64,000 bases of DNA from Lama glama (Eukaryota). Below, in pieces: positions 12,483-25,690 of this stretch. Made by a program: the position numbers and the translations under genes. The DNA lies in the NCBI GenBank assembly GCA_028534125.1, contig CM052818.1, forward strand, positions 31,994,001-32,058,000, in the 5' to 3' direction. Below the pieces are notes generated by a model. It was not told the origin of the DNA. It made no database searches and worked only from the letters and a program-made list of their open reading frames with translations. The first letter of the stretch is position 1. Each line of letters begins with the position of its first letter.

Positions 12483-14494
12483 CCTTAGGCCATATGCTTG
12501 GAGCACCTTCTGTATGTGGGCAGCTGATTCATAGAGTCGTGAGTGGGAAGTGACATTCCAGAGCAGACCAAGAACTCTTACACAGTACCAGTGCCTCATA
12601 GGTCCTGACTCAGACATCCTGGAGCATGCCCTGATGTGTAATTAGCCAGGTAATAGATACCCTTGCAAGCACTGGAGAGCTGGTCAACACCTAATGAGTG
12701 CAGGGTTGGGAGGCAACATGTCAAGTCGTCGTTGCGTGTATTGCATCGTTTAAGAAGGGATGTTCACTCAAACATTCTTACAAACTACCTTTTATTTTTC
12801 TAGAGAGAGAAAATGCTGATTCACTCATCACCACCTAGCCCAGAGGGACAAGATTTAGGACTCACTTGACTCATTCTTTTGTTTGTAGTTGGTTTCATGT
12901 AGCTTTCCAGAAAATGCCTGCCAACAGTCCTTTACACCTTAGTGTGAATTGAGGTTAATTTATATTTTTTAGGTCTTGACACTTCCGAAGGGAAAACTTG
13001 ACAATGTGTGCTGGAATAGGCTCTAGTCTTTCATTCAAGGAACTTTAGGCATCAAAAGCATATGAAGAGGTGTTTGGGGGAAGAGATACTCAAACACTGA
13101 GTCTTCCAGCAACTTCAAGGTCATATCCAGTAACGGGGCCTAATCTCTGAGTACTGCTGGTTTGTTTCTCTTGTTTTTCTGGGAGGAAAATGGTTGGACT
13201 GAGCGGTCTCTGGGGCTCTTTCCACTTTTGGATATTCTTTGGAATATTTGTCGAGCATTTATTCTTTGTTAGGCCCTGTGCCCCCTACTGAGGGGACAGG
13301 AAATTTAAGATGATACTTCTTCTGTTCTTTCAGGCCAGGCTGGGAGAGGATGACAGAGATATTCTCCTTCTCTCACTTCAAAATGGATGTACCCAGGTGG
13401 TGACCGAATAGTATCTATAAAGAAAATAATGAAACCTCTACTTTTATTGTTCATTCATTCAGTCATTGGTTTATTTTTTAATGTCTACTTGTAGATAATT
13501 CTTCCTGAGATTTGTTTTTATGGTTTGATTAGAGAAGCAATCTTTCTTAAAAGCACCTGCTTCCAAAGATAAGTTTCAAAAATTTCAAATGAGTTGGAGC
13601 ATATTATTATGAATAAAGCACTGATTAGAGGAGAAGAATAGAACTATTTTCCCTCTGGTTTCCCAAGAGGCAGTTTGAGGGAAGTCAGGCCTAAATAAGG
13701 AGGATCTTTTTATCAGTCATAAGATGGATTAGATTGACCTCCCCCCTCACCACACACAGACACACATATACTTGAAGCTGGTGGTGGCAGAAGGGTCAGC
13801 TGTCATTGCCAAAGGCTTTGAGATGAGACATGGACTTGGTGGCCTCCTAAGGTACCTTACAACCCTGAGATTTTGTGAGAAATATAGGATTGCATGAGAT
13901 TTATCTTATGGAACTGTGGTTCTTTTAGCATAACAACATTTACATTGCTTATTCCATTACGTTTCTGCAGGATGACTAGAAGGGCTGGCAAATGAATGCT
14001 AGATTCTGTTTTTCTCTTCAAGGTAAGAAGACACTGGGAATACAGTTGAAATGCAATGGACTGAGTAGAAAATATAAAGGGCTTAGAATAAAAAAGGGTA
14101 TAAAGGGCAATAGATATCTCAAAGTTAGCAACTTTTCCTCCTAAATTGGCCTAAAGTCCTGTAATTGTGGAGGAGTCCAGAAGACATCAGGCTTCTTTCA
14201 CTAACAGGTCTCCAAGCTCCCTAAATGTATCACAGGACCCAACTAGGGGAAATGCTGGAGGTGGCATGGAAGCTGTACTGCAGAGGCCCAATTCAATAAC
14301 TAGCTTTATGTCAGGAATGGATTGCCAGAGATTTTGGCATGCCATTCTCATTATTTACAAAAATCAATTGTTCAAAATGGATTTTCAGCTGCTTTTTTAT
14401 AAGATCTTTAAATAAATCCATAATTGGCCAACAGCCTGATCAACAGCCTGATCTCTTAGCTACTTACAGCTAAGTTGAGTTGAACAGACACCTC

Positions 14495-14700
14495 AGCTGA
14501 GAATCTTAGCTTTGATTCTTTTTAGCAGTAATAAATGAGGGCAAGTTACTTATTTTCTTTGAACCTTGGTTTCATCACCTAGAAAATGGGAATAGTTTTA
14601 ATACCTATGCCACAGGGTTGTCATACAACTAAAGGAGATAATATTCATAAAGCTGGCAGAGTATCTGACTCATAGTAAGTACTTCATTAAGATCACTTTT
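14495..14700 (+). mobile_element. MIR SINE
   Basis: ggcaagttactt...ggtttcatcacctagaaaatgggaatag...cagggttgt...catagtaagt. Confidence 0.8.
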
Positions 14701-14804
14701 ATTATACCTGATTTTTCCATAATGGGGCTTGAGGATGTGGGACCAATGTCCTAGTGCCCTGGAGGTCAAGAACTGATCTCAAGATTTTCACAGTCTAGGA
14801 CTCC

Positions 14805-15180
14805 TTCCTTCATTCAATTGTTCATCTAACACAATTGAATGGACTGAGTAGAAAATATAAAGGGCTTAGAATAGAATAGAACACAAATATTTATTTAGCA
14901 CCTATTCTCTGCTAAGCACTATTTTAGCATACGTATAGATACGTAAGATAGATTGTCCCTGCCGTCCTGAAGCTGGTAGTCTAGGAGGGGAGTCAGACAA
15001 TGAGCAAGTGGTTAAACAGATGTTTGAGTGTAGATTGGGACGAGCAATGTGAAGAAAGCAAACAGTGATGGAACGTACCACATATGGGAACCTCCTCTAA
15101 TAGAGTGATCAGGGAAGGATTTTTGAGGAGGTGACATCTAAGATGGGCCTGAAGGATGAAAAGGATCCAGGGAGGCGAAA
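14805..15180 (-). mobile_element. L2 LINE 3' end with an inserted segment at ~14835-14886
   Basis: cattcaattgttc...caaatatttatttagcacct...gtccctgcc...tcagggaagg...gaggaggtgacatctaagatgggcctgaaggatga. Confidence 0.8.
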
Positions 15181-15394
15181 AACCACTAATTCCGCCATTT
15201 GCACACAAGGTGGACACAGTTTCACCAGGAGTACTCCATCCAAGTTGATAACCCCAGCTTTCTTCCCATCTGTACAGGAGGTAGACTTCGTTAGCAACTA
15301 GGAAAGAGAATTTTCCTCATTTTATTGCATATGATGGAAGGTTCAGTCATATCACAGTTCTCTAGGGCTTAGCATATTTTAGGATAGTGTACCA

Positions 15395-15885
15395 TGTTAT
15401 TAGGATTCTTCAGACAAACAGAACCAATATACGATACAATACATATACACATATAGAATGAGATTTATAATAAGGAATTAGGTCATGCAGATATGGAGTA
15501 TGAGAAGTCCCATGGTCTGCCATTCACAAGCTGGAGACCCAAGAAAGCTGGTGGTGGAAATTCCAGGCCAAATCTGAAGGCTGAGAACCAGGGTCACCAC
15601 TGATGATATAAGTTCCAGTCCAAGGGAAGGAGAAGACTGGTGTCCAACTCAACCAGTCAGGCAGAGAGAGAAAATTCAAACTTTCTCTGCCTTTTTGTTC
15701 TATTCAAGCCCTCATTGGATTGGATGGTACCCACCCACACTGGGGTGGGCCGTCTGATTTACTCAGTCTACCAATTCAAATGCTAATCTCTTCTGGAAAC
15801 ACCCTTACAGATGTACCCAGAAAATGTTTAACCAGGTATCTGGGCATTGGCTCAGTTAAGTTGGCACATAAAATCAACCATCACA
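15395..15885 (-). mobile_element. MLT2 (ERVL) solo LTR
   Basis: tg...acagaaccaata...aaggaatt...gagaagtccc...aagttggcacataaaatcaaccatcaca; near-perfect 5-bp TSD tacca/cacca. Confidence 0.88.
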
Positions 15886-15919
15886 CACCACTATCACCAG
15901 GATACAGTTCCTGCCTACT

Positions 15920-16150
15920 GTGAAAGATGTGTAAGTTGTGAGAAGAGAGCAGGCTTTAGATCCAAAACTGGAATACAGCTTTGCTCTGCCACCTCCTAGC
16001 TGAGTGTCTGCCTGTGGGTAAACTAATCTGAGTCTTGGTTTTCTCATCTGTGAAATGTGAGTGCGACTCCTATTGTTAGGATTGAAATTGAGATGAGATA
16101 ATGCACATAAAATGTTCAGTACAGTGCCTTTTATATAGTAAACATAAAAT
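15920..16150 (+). mobile_element. MIR SINE
   Basis: ctctgccacctcctagctgagtg...ttttctcatctgtgaaatg...aggattgaaattgagatgagataatgca. Confidence 0.82.
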
Positions 16151-16239
16151 AAATCTAGTTTTCCTGTGGGATTGCTTAAAATAGTGGAAACCTGCCCCTG
16201 TTTTCTACCCCAGGTGGTAGGAAAAAAGTCTTTGGCATA

Positions 16240-16706
16240 TGTGGTAGCTTTAAAACATGTCTGCAAGTTCTTTGTCCCTTCTGCCATCAAAAAGTGGTGT
16301 CTAATTCCCTTCTCCTTAGAATTGAACTTGCCTGGGAGACTCACACCTAACTAATAGAAAGCAGCAGAAGTGACACTGGTGACTCCTGAAGCTTTAATTG
16401 GAAAAAGGAATAGCGTCCATCTGGCTCTCTCTCAGGTGCCTCCACCACCACCCTTGGCACCCAGACACCATGCTGTGATTAAGCCAGGCAGCCACATGGA
16501 AAGGCTACTTATAGATATTCTAACCATTGCCATGGGTGAGGTTCCAGTCAAGAGTTGGCATCAACCCCCAGACATGTGAATGAACAAGACTTCAAATGAT
16601 TCTTGCTTCCAGCCTTCAGATGTCCCTGCTGACTCTGAGTGGAGCAGGGACATGAGTTGCACCTGCCAAGCCCTGCTCTGTCTACAGATCTGTGAGCAAA
16701 ATAAAT
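16240..16706 (+). mobile_element. MLT1 (MaLR, G/H-like) LTR
   Basis: tgtggtag...ccatcaaaaagtggtgtctaattcccttc...aatagaaagcagcagaagtgac...agccacatggaaaggc...gtgagcaaaataaat. Confidence 0.78.
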
Positions 16707-17777
16707 AGTACACTTCTCTGTCTTGGTCCATCTTGTCCCCTATCATAGTGTCTGTCTTTCCACCCACCCTGGGCCCAGGGTAGCAGAGATACTAAGAAGG
16801 ACACTGTACGGTAGTAGGATCTTGTTTCTTTTACTAACACCTTGCAAAATATTGGGCAAGTAGCTTCTCCTCTTTGGGCCTCAGTTCCCTCCTCTGTATG
16901 GTGGCTTTGGATTAGAAACTCCCTAAGACACTTGCTAGTCCCAAGGTCATGTTAGGAAACCAATATGGAAATAGAAAAAGTTGAAAGCTTTTGGCATTTT
17001 GGATTGTATGTCTAAGTTTTGCATGCTGTAGTATGGAAATCCAATGTTCTCTGAGAGCCTTTTTTGTGAATTTTCAGTTGAAGAAACAGTCTAAGCACTT
17101 CTGATTTGAGAGGGAGGTTTTACGTCTTGGCGACCTCCATGTGAACCATGAATGGGCTTGGTTAGAGCCTCACAGGCCTTTCCTAATCTAATTGTCTAGT
17201 AATTCTCAGAGTCCTCATTAGAATCTGTGCCCTGAAGAGGCATGCAATCCTGAGGGTCCATTTAACGCCTGTAAATTCTCTTAAAGTTTAAGCGAAGACT
17301 GGAAGGCCATAGGCTAAGAGTTTTAAACCCCCGTCTGTTGACTGATTTCTGGCAGATGATCTCTGAAGGGTGCCTTGTGTTTTATCATTTCAGTTTCTTC
17401 TGAAGAAGGATTTAAAATCAATTTAGGGGTCATGTTCAGGGACTTTGTCAAAGCTACAGGCTCCAGCTCAAACAGGAGTCAGTCTCAGGGACTCTCTAAT
17501 AATGACAGAGAGAAAGTGGTCTGGGCTGTTCCTAGTATCCTTGATCTCATCTCCTGCCTGTACCGAGGGGCTGGCTTTTCTTTTCAAGTCAGTTGCCTCC
17601 TTTATTTATTCTTTAATTTCATACCACTGAGGTGAGTCCTGCTTGGTCTTGTGTATATAACTAACTGTTGTAGGCTGGGCTTCTCTGATGAACAAAAGCT
17701 AGCCTGAAAGCGATTGCTTTGAAAACAGTTATCCTAGTCGAACATCACACCTCTAAATGAAGTAGAAGAAACTCTAC

Positions 17778-18660
17778 TTTTTTTTCTATTGAGTTATAGT
17801 CAGTTTGCAATGTTGTGTCAATTTCTGGTGTACAGCACAATGTTTCAGTCATACATGAATATATGTATATTCATTTTTATATTCTTTTTCACCATGGACT
17901 ACTATAAGATCTTGAATATATTTCCCTGTGCTATACAGTATAAACTTGTTTATCTGTTCTGTATGTATCTGTCAGTATCTACAAATCTTGAACTCCCAGG
18001 CTGTCCCTTCCCACCCACCTCCCCCCGGCAACCACAGTCTGTATTCTATGTCTGTGAATCTGTTTCTATTTTATATTTAATTTCATTTGTCGTCTTCTTT
18101 TTTTTTTTTTTTTTAGATTCCACATATGAGTGATATCATATGGTATTTTTCTTTTTCTTTCTGGCTTACTTTACTTAGAATGACATTCTCAGGAACATCC
18201 ATGTTGCTGCAAATGGCAGTATGTTGTCATTTCAATGGCTGAGTAGTATTCTGTTATATAAATATACCACAACTTCTTTATCCAGTCATCTGTCAATGGA
18301 CATTTAGGTTGTTTTCATGTCTTGGCTATTGTAAATAGTGCTTCTATGAATATTGGGGTGCATGTGTCTTTTTGAAGTAAGGTTCCTTCTGGATATATGC
18401 CCAGGAGTGGGATTGCTGGGTCATATGGTAAGTTTATTTTTAGTCTTTTGAGGAATCTCCATGCTGTTTTCCACAATGGCTGCACCAAACTGCATTCCCA
18501 TCAACAGTGTAGGAGGGTTCCCTTTTCTCCACACCCTCTCCAGCATTTATTGTTGGTGGACTTTTGAATGATGGCCATTCTGACTGGTGTGAGGTAATAC
18601 CTCATTGTAGTTTTGATTTGCATTTCTCTGATAATTAGTGGTATTGAGCATTTTTTCATA
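17778..18660 (-). mobile_element. Relatively young 5'-truncated L1 (ORF2 C-terminus plus 3'UTR), antisense to ALK
   Basis: Poly-T, then ttgagttatagtcagtttgcaatgttgtgtcaatttctggtgtacagc 3'UTR. The reverse strand encodes ORF2-like [57 protein letters not shown] with at least one stop. Confidence 0.95.
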
Positions 18661-19292
18661 ATTAAGGAGTACTTCTGGGCAAGCTTTGGAGAGGGAAAAA
18701 AAGATTGTAGAGGCTTTAGAGATCTCAGCTAGCTTACAGAATATCAATATGGAAAAATATATTTATTTGTTTTTCTACCCACCCCCTAACCCACATTCAT
18801 GGATAGGCAGATCACAAAACTCAGTGTCAAAAAAAATTAATAATAAGAGCTCAGCAAGAATACAGCTTGTTTCCCTTGGTCTGTTTAAGGCTGCTGAGAT
18901 TGGATTATATCCCTGGGATATTGGGTTTTCTCTCCTTCTACTGCCTGGAGTTTGGCCATTAATGTGGTACTAGCAGAGATGTTGCCAAAGTGCAAGAGGC
19001 ACTTGATGTTATGAGTCCTTGACTAAAACATGGCTGGCACATGAAGAGCCCTGTTCCTCAACTGGGCTTTGCAGCTGTCATCTTGCAGCTGTGGATAAGG
19101 TTGACTTTTGCTCTGGGATGCTCTATTTGTCTTAGAGCAAAGGAAAGGGAGGGGTAAGTGGTTTGGGATTGGAATCTCAATTGAGATTGCAACCTAAGGC
19201 CCCTTGGCTTCTGGCTAGAGTGCAAGAATAGGACAAGTGTGATATGCCAGAGGTCTCCTGCCTGGGGGTCCCTGGCCCTGAGCTGTGGTTGT

Positions 19293-19349
19293 TGGCTTCA
19301 GTTGGTTAGAGCACTAGAATAAGGGATCAACATCCAGTGTTGGATCCCT
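19293..19349 (+). mobile_element. Decayed tRNA-derived SINE head (MamSINE1-like) or tRNA pseudogene fragment
   Basis: A-box-like tggcttcagttggttagagca and degenerate B-box gttggatccc; no complete cloverleaf. Confidence 0.45.
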
Positions 19350-19374
19350 AGCTAGATGAAGGATCTAAGATGTG

Positions 19375-19565
19375 GATATAAAGGTTATAGGTAGAATGAG
19401 AGCCAGGAGGGACCTTGGCAGTCAGTTAGTCTAGTCCTTTTATCTTATGAATGCAGAGATGGGAACTCATAGCCAAGAAGTGATTTGCCTACAACTTGTA
19501 ACAGAGGTAGGGCTCCCGTCTATTCCCTCTACTCCAGCCCAGGTCTCAGTCCAAGTCATATAGCC
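19375..19565 (-). mobile_element. MIR3/MIR SINE
   Basis: gggaccttggcagtcagttagtctagtcc...aagtgatttgcct. Confidence 0.55.
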
Positions 19566-20614
19566 TTTAAAAGCAGGCCACTGATCATAACGGTGACTAG
19601 AGGAGGTGTTAGCACCATTAGCCCATGCCCACTATGGGAAAAGCAATTCAGAGTGCTTGCCCTATGGATATTTGTCAGCAGTGCCAATTTAGGGTTAAAG
19701 ATGGCACCTTACTTAATGAACCTGGCCTTGTAGTCTACTCCAGCAATAGGGCCCTGGGCAAAATGACCTCCCTCCCTGGTTCATCTGTAGTCATATAGGC
19801 CCTGCCTGAGGTGAGGCTGAATGGAAACTCAGACCCTGTCGTGTGGTAGAGATTGTCTCCAGTTTCCAGGGGAGCCCTGTGACCGTGAAGTTGTTGATGT
19901 GCAGGAGGCCAACAGGGGAGGCAGATTTCAGAGTTTGTTGAAAATATGTATAGCTTGTTTTTCACGACTAACTGAACCTTGAGCCCCAGCAGTTTGGGTG
20001 AGTGATTCCCCTCCCCACCCCAGCTCTTCCTCCAAACCTCCTTCAGACCCCAGTCATTTAAGTGTCAGGGCTCACTAACTGGAGCCCTCTTAGCTGTGCA
20101 GAAGCTGTGAGCCCTGTTCAGTACGTGTGTGTGGCCCCTTCTGCCTGCCCTGCAGACTTTATAAGGGGATGGAGGCCAAAGAGACTTCTGTCTTGGAAGA
20201 ATCATCAAAACTACTCTCTAATCTTAAGAAAGGGGTTGAGCTTGCTCCCTGTGAGCTTCCCAGTGACTAGATAAATGTCACTGGGGGGAACACGGGCTGG
20301 CTAGATTTACTAACTAAGCAGCTTGACTTAAGTTCAGAATGAATCTGACTCTTTTTCAGATTTTTTGAGATTGACTGACTTCAGGATACAGATTGTAGGA
20401 ATTTTTTAGAATTAAGTATATTTGTGTTCCTGTGATTTGTCTTTTTTATATGACACTTAATACTGATACTCTTCATTACCATTTAAAATTCAATGCTTTC
20501 TCTCATTTTTAAAATGTTTGTTTTAATAGCCCATGAAATAGTTAAGAATCGTGATGGTCAAAAGATAAGAGAACAAGAGGATAAGTAAAAGTCTGTCAGT
20601 CTGTGGACTATTTC

Positions 20615-20710
20615 TCTGTCTAACCAACTGTCCCTCTGTCTTTCTGACTGTCCCTTTGTCTTTCTGACTGTCCTCTGTCTGAATGTCTGTGTAACCAACT
20701 GTCCCTCACC
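20615..20710. repeat. Degenerate ~20-bp tandem repeat
   Basis: ctgtccctctgtctttctga / ctgtccctttgtctttctga / ctgtcctctgtctga, with taaccaactgtccctc present twice. Confidence 0.8.
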
Positions 20711-21274
20711 CTCCCTGTTTCAGACTGTCTTCTCTTCTTCTGTCCTTTCTTCCTTTAATTGAATAAATGTTTGATCTTCTACTATATGGGAAGCATTATT
20801 TTTTGTTAATTCATGAAGCTAATAGAACTCCTTTGTACCAGAGTGAGCTTAATGGTCAAGTAAACTGGCCCTGCAGAGTTGGGGCCAGAAAATTCAGTGT
20901 CAGAGTGAGAGATGTGAAATACCAGTCTCTGACCTCACAGTGAAATGCAATAGCTCTTTGAAGTTCCACTGAACTAGAGAATGAATATGGATGACGCAGG
21001 CATTCAATAAATGTTTGCTGAATTGAATGCAATAAAAATGATAAAAGAGACATTACAGATGCATTTTTTAAAACTTCATTACATGTACTGAAAGATATTT
21101 TTGACATTTTATCTACATTCCTGGTTACATCCCCAGTGCCTGACAGGTATGGTGATAGAGTTCCTTTGCACTGCCATGTTGTGAATCAGAGGAGGCAGAG
21201 TCAAAGCTCCTGCTGGCCTCCAACAATTTGATTCTAATGGGGAGTGGGGAGAAGACTCACATTAAAGCAGTCAT

Positions 21275-21490
21275 TTATATATGCTTGGTATTCACAATAC
21301 ACATTTCATGAAATCTTTTAGTAAGTACGTAAGACAGAATTTTCATCCCCATTTTGTTTTTTAACAGATGATAAAATTGAAAGGCAAATACATTAATTAA
21401 TCTACCTCAGTCACATACCTAATAAGTGGTAGACTGGAAATATAAACAAGGTTTATTGAACTTTGTGAAATAAGTGACCATGTTCTTTTC
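21275..21490 (-). mobile_element. MIR SINE (degenerate)
   Basis: catccccatttt...acagatgataaaattgaa...gtcacatacctaataagtgg. Confidence 0.65.
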
Positions 21491-23039
21491 ACCCTTTTTT
21501 ATGCACGCCTGAAATCACATGTCACAGAAATTACTTTTTGTTACTCTGGGATATGAGTTACTGATAACAAATACTCTTCCATGTTCTAACTTAAAAATGT
21601 TTCATTTTGAGTCTCATGAAACTTTAAAATGTCAGATGGGGCAAAAAATAACCTTAACTCCAGGTCAGTCTTTAATGAATTCAGTTCCAGTAGGGGATAA
21701 GTAAGTCTCTCTTCAGTAGTCCCTGTTTGATCATTTCAGTTTTTCACTTGACACCCTTTCCCCATGCTGAAAGTTCTGAGATTTATATACTCAAAATGTG
21801 CTTCAAAATTTTCTTGGTCTTAAAAATCTGGGAAACCTCCTCTAAATTGAGCAGGGATTGTTTCATGAACTGTGTTATCACCACCTTGTAATTCTAGAGT
21901 GACAACAAAATAGTAGATGACTGTGGATGTTAAAGAATTTGCCCAATAGGCTTGTATGCTAAATTATGCTATCAGGAAATAAACATGGAAGCCTATTTTA
22001 TGAGTAAAAGTAATGATACATAGAATTTGAGCATGATTCTTCTGCAAAAAGAGTGTGTAAATTTGTAATATGACGTTCGTGTTTTAACAAAATCCATTTG
22101 ATTGTTCTTTTTCCATTGACACTGGCTCCAAACTCCATGAGGGCCAGGGCCATTTGGGTATGAAGCTCAGTTTTGTGTCTGCAACACCCAAGTCCTCAGA
22201 TGGTATTTGATAAATAAGTGAATGAGTATAATATAATATGAGCTTCTCCCTGGCCTGAGGCACTTTAAAAGCTACTGCCAAGCTGTCTTTCTATCTTACT
22301 ATTGCTGGTGATCGCTCTACTTCTCCACAACTCCCATGCCAGGCTCTAAGTTTCTAGGCTCTCATTAGGTCTACCAGGCTTGCATTTTTGTCCTTGTCGC
22401 TGCTTGTGCCTGTTTTTCTTCTTCTCAGTTTAGCTCAGTTACTCTCATCAGGATCTTTCTGTTCCTCTTGGCTCTAAACTCCAGGGTCTAAAGTCCAACT
22501 TTAACCATTTCCCACCCTCTATGCAGACATACTGTGTTATTCTGGGGAACCAGCACAGTATATTTCCTAGTGTTAGATACTCAGAGAGGATTATGTTAAA
22601 AAAAAAAAAAAAACAAAAAAGCAGACACCATGTTGGAAAGGATGGTAGAGGTAATGCCTCCCAGTAGACTCTTCTTTCCTGGGCAAACCTTGCTAGTGAC
22701 AGATGTCCCTGCCACCTGCTTGTTTTGCTATGGACCTCCTAGTTTGTCAGTTCTTTTCCTAAAACAATGCAAGAGCTGAATGCAATTATTATCGATGTGC
22801 TTTGTCCACTACAGAGCCCAAGGGAGTCACTGCTGCCCATAGTCTGGAGGTTTTGCTGCTAGTAGTGTCACTTCAGATTGGAATTAATGTCTTTTTAGCT
22901 GCCATGCTGCGTTGCTAGCTATATAAGAGCTTAGGGCAATCATGCATCCAGACCCACTTTTTTTTCCATGAAATATTATAAAATCAGCACCAACTACAAC
23001 ACCTCAAAACACATTCTGTAGTTGTATAGAGGAAATTTT

Positions 23040-23530
23040 TACATTAAAAAATTCACATTCAACAGGACATAATGAAAAAAATACAGATACACAAAGCTAT
23101 CCATAATTATACCATGCAATGATATCTACTGCTAACATTTTAATGTACAGCCTTCCAATCTGTATTCCATGTATTTTACCTGTAGCTATCACCTATGTAT
23201 TTTAACCAAATTAGATCACACTGTTTATATTGTTTTATAACTTACCTTATTACTTAACATATTATGAAAATATTTCTATATCAATAAATAAACTTCTACA
23301 ATATCTTTTTTACTGGATAATATTCTATTTTAAGGGTTCCCGTAATAGTATATGCAACCTATTGTCACTGTTACATATCTAACTGTTTCTAATCTTTAGG
23401 TGTTACCAAGTATAAGGAACGTCATTTGGGCTAATAAGTCTTTGTGTACATTCTTTGTTATTTCCTTGGATGTTTCTAGAATTAGAAGCAACTCAATGGA
23501 TAAATCATTTTAAGACTTTTGATACATAAA
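23040..23530 (-). mobile_element. Old L1ME-like 3' fragment
   Basis: AT-rich; actgctaacattttaatgtacagccttcca...cacactgtttatattgttttataac...tcattttaagactttgataca. Confidence 0.6.
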
Positions 23531-23989
23531 TAATCGATACATAATAATAAACTTTGAGTATTATATTTCATCCTGTATTTGGCCTAGATAATTTCAAATC
23601 TTGACTCTGTTTTCTGTTGTATCAGTTATCACCACAAATTCGATAAGCATTACTTACATGCCTTGTCACTGATTTAAAAAACAATTAAACAAGTTCAAAT
23701 CACTCATTCTGCAAATATTTGTCAAAAATTAACACTGTATAAGGCACTCTGCTAGATACTGTGGTAAAGGGAGAAGAAATTCAAGAGTGTATAAGCCTTA
23801 ATCTTGGTCCTCTTTTATTAATGAAGGAAGTATTGTTCCATTAATAAATAATTCGAGATGTTTTATGTTAAACTTGTTCACTTTCTTAATGCACTAAAAT
23901 AAGTTACTTTGTCAAATTTTAAAATACATTGTCAAAATGGAAATAAGGGTAATTTGGCATGAGTACAGCTTCCTTTTTTTTCACTCTGC

Positions 23990-25300
23990 ACTTAAGAAAA
24001 AATAAAAAGAGCACATACTTATTTTAGTAAATTAGAAAAGTTCAGAAAAATACAAAGAAGAAAATAAATGACTCATAACCAGACCATTCAAAGACAATTA
24101 CTGTTAATTGGTGTATTTCCTTCTAGGCATTTCCTTGTATATTTTTTCATAGCTGAAATAATACTGTATATGCAATTTTTCAAGTGTATAATGTAAATAT
24201 TTCCTCACATTATGAAAAACTCTTTGGAAACATCTCTAATGGCTCTATAATATTTCATCAAGGAAATAAATTAAGTATATAGAATCTGATGTTAATAGTG
24301 AAAACTCTTTAGTAAGATTGCATGGGTTCTAGTCCTGATGCTGCCACAGGTTAGCTTGTGATGTTGAGGAGTTACTTAACTGTTCCCTGGCTCAGTTTCC
24401 TTGCAAAACGGGGATGATTAGAATCTCTATCTTTTAAAGTTTCTGTAAGAAATGAGACATGAGACAATTCAAGTAAAGCCTAAATTGGTACCTGGCACAT
24501 AATGACCATGCAATAAAAGTTATTATTATTATTCCTATTACTACTTAATCATTGTATCTATTGCTAGGTATTTAATTTGTTTCCCTTTGTGATAGCATTT
24601 ACCATTATAAAATTACTGTAGAGTAGAATTCTTCACAAACATTTTTATAACCTTGGAATGTTTTTGTAGGATAGAATCAAATTCAGTGATATGAACACTC
24701 TTAAGATTCTAAATATTGCCAAAATTGCTTATGTACAGTATAGTGCAGAATTGTTATTCTCAGCAGAGACATAGTTATGTCCAAGTAAGAATCACCTGTA
24801 GGACTTTTCATCCCTCCTCGCATGCTCTCCCCACCCATCCTCATACTCCCTCTGCCAGATAACATGTGATAATCAGAATCTCTGGGACATTTGGAAACTC
24901 TTTATCGTCTTAATTCCTTCAGATGCAAAATGAGGCTGTCAATATCATCTATCTCATAGGGTTGTTGTGATTAAAAAAATTAAGTGATGCATGTGTATAG
25001 GGCTTTATACATAGCAAGCACTCATAGTTAGCCATTATTAAATTATTATTGCAAATAACATTAAATTCATAATTTATACTCCTACCAGGAAAATATAAAA
25101 TTGTCTGTTTCATTACCCCTCTTCAGTGTTGAGCATTATTAATTTAAATTAATTTAGACTATTTCAGTTGTTAATAATTATTTTTAAATATTTTATAATT
25201 CAATAAATAAAAGGTAGCATTTCACTGTTTTCATTTACTTTCCTTTCATTACTGTTGGAGTGGAATTTTTTTCAAATATTTATTGGCTATTTGTATTACT
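23990..25300 (-). mobile_element. Old L1ME-like fragment interrupted by MIRs
   Basis: aaaagttcagaaaaatacaaagaagaaaa...actgttaattggtgtatttcc...atattgccaaaattgctt...actcctaccagg...tttattggctatttgtatt. Confidence 0.6.
24290..24535 (+). mobile_element. MIR SINE nested in L1ME
   Basis: gggttctagtcctg...gttacttaac...ctcagtttcc...cctggcacataat...caataaaagtta. Confidence 0.8.
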
Positions 25301-25309
25301 GTATGTGAG

Positions 25310-25380
25310 CATGGGAGGGAGAGGGAGAGACAGACAGACACAGACAGACACAAGAGAGGGAGGAAGGAAGGGAAGGAAAG
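25310..25380. repeat. Purine-rich simple repeat (GACA/GGAA)
   Basis: gggagggagagggagagacagacagacacagacagac...ggaaggaagggaaggaaag. Confidence 0.8.
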
Positions 25381-25559
25381 CAAAATTTATTTCACAGGGA
25401 TCTTGGTTTTTCACTTCTTTTTCTTTTTAGGTAGAGGAGATATATTGCTCTTTGAATAATAAGGATATTATCCTTAGTCTGACCATGTCTTATTTCTATT
25501 GAACCACTTTTGTTTCCCTATGATCAGTATATGTTTCTAAAGTTTTCCAAGCCATCTGG

Positions 25560-25690
25560 TTAATTATCCATTTTAGAGTTTTGCCAGAGAGCACTGTTAA
25601 GCTTACAAGTCTGTGGTCCCTGAACTCCATTCTTTTTTCTAATTAAAAAAAAAATCTGAAAACATTAGGCAATCTCCAATCTCTGGCACA
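25560..25690 (-). mobile_element. L3/CR1 LINE reverse-transcriptase fragment
   Basis: The reverse strand reads, with frameshifts, VPE.W..NV..KKRMEFRDHRLVSLTVLSGKTLKWII, resembling CR1 ORF2 PEDWRxANV..KKGKKEDPGNYRPVSLTSIPGK. Confidence 0.7.

Noticed and set aside
19293..19349. Functional tRNA gene
   Set aside because: Only degenerate A/B boxes are present; there is no intact anticodon or acceptor stem.
20615..20710. CRISPR-like repeat-spacer array
   Set aside because: It is a low-complexity degenerate tandem repeat without unique spacers, in mammalian intronic DNA.
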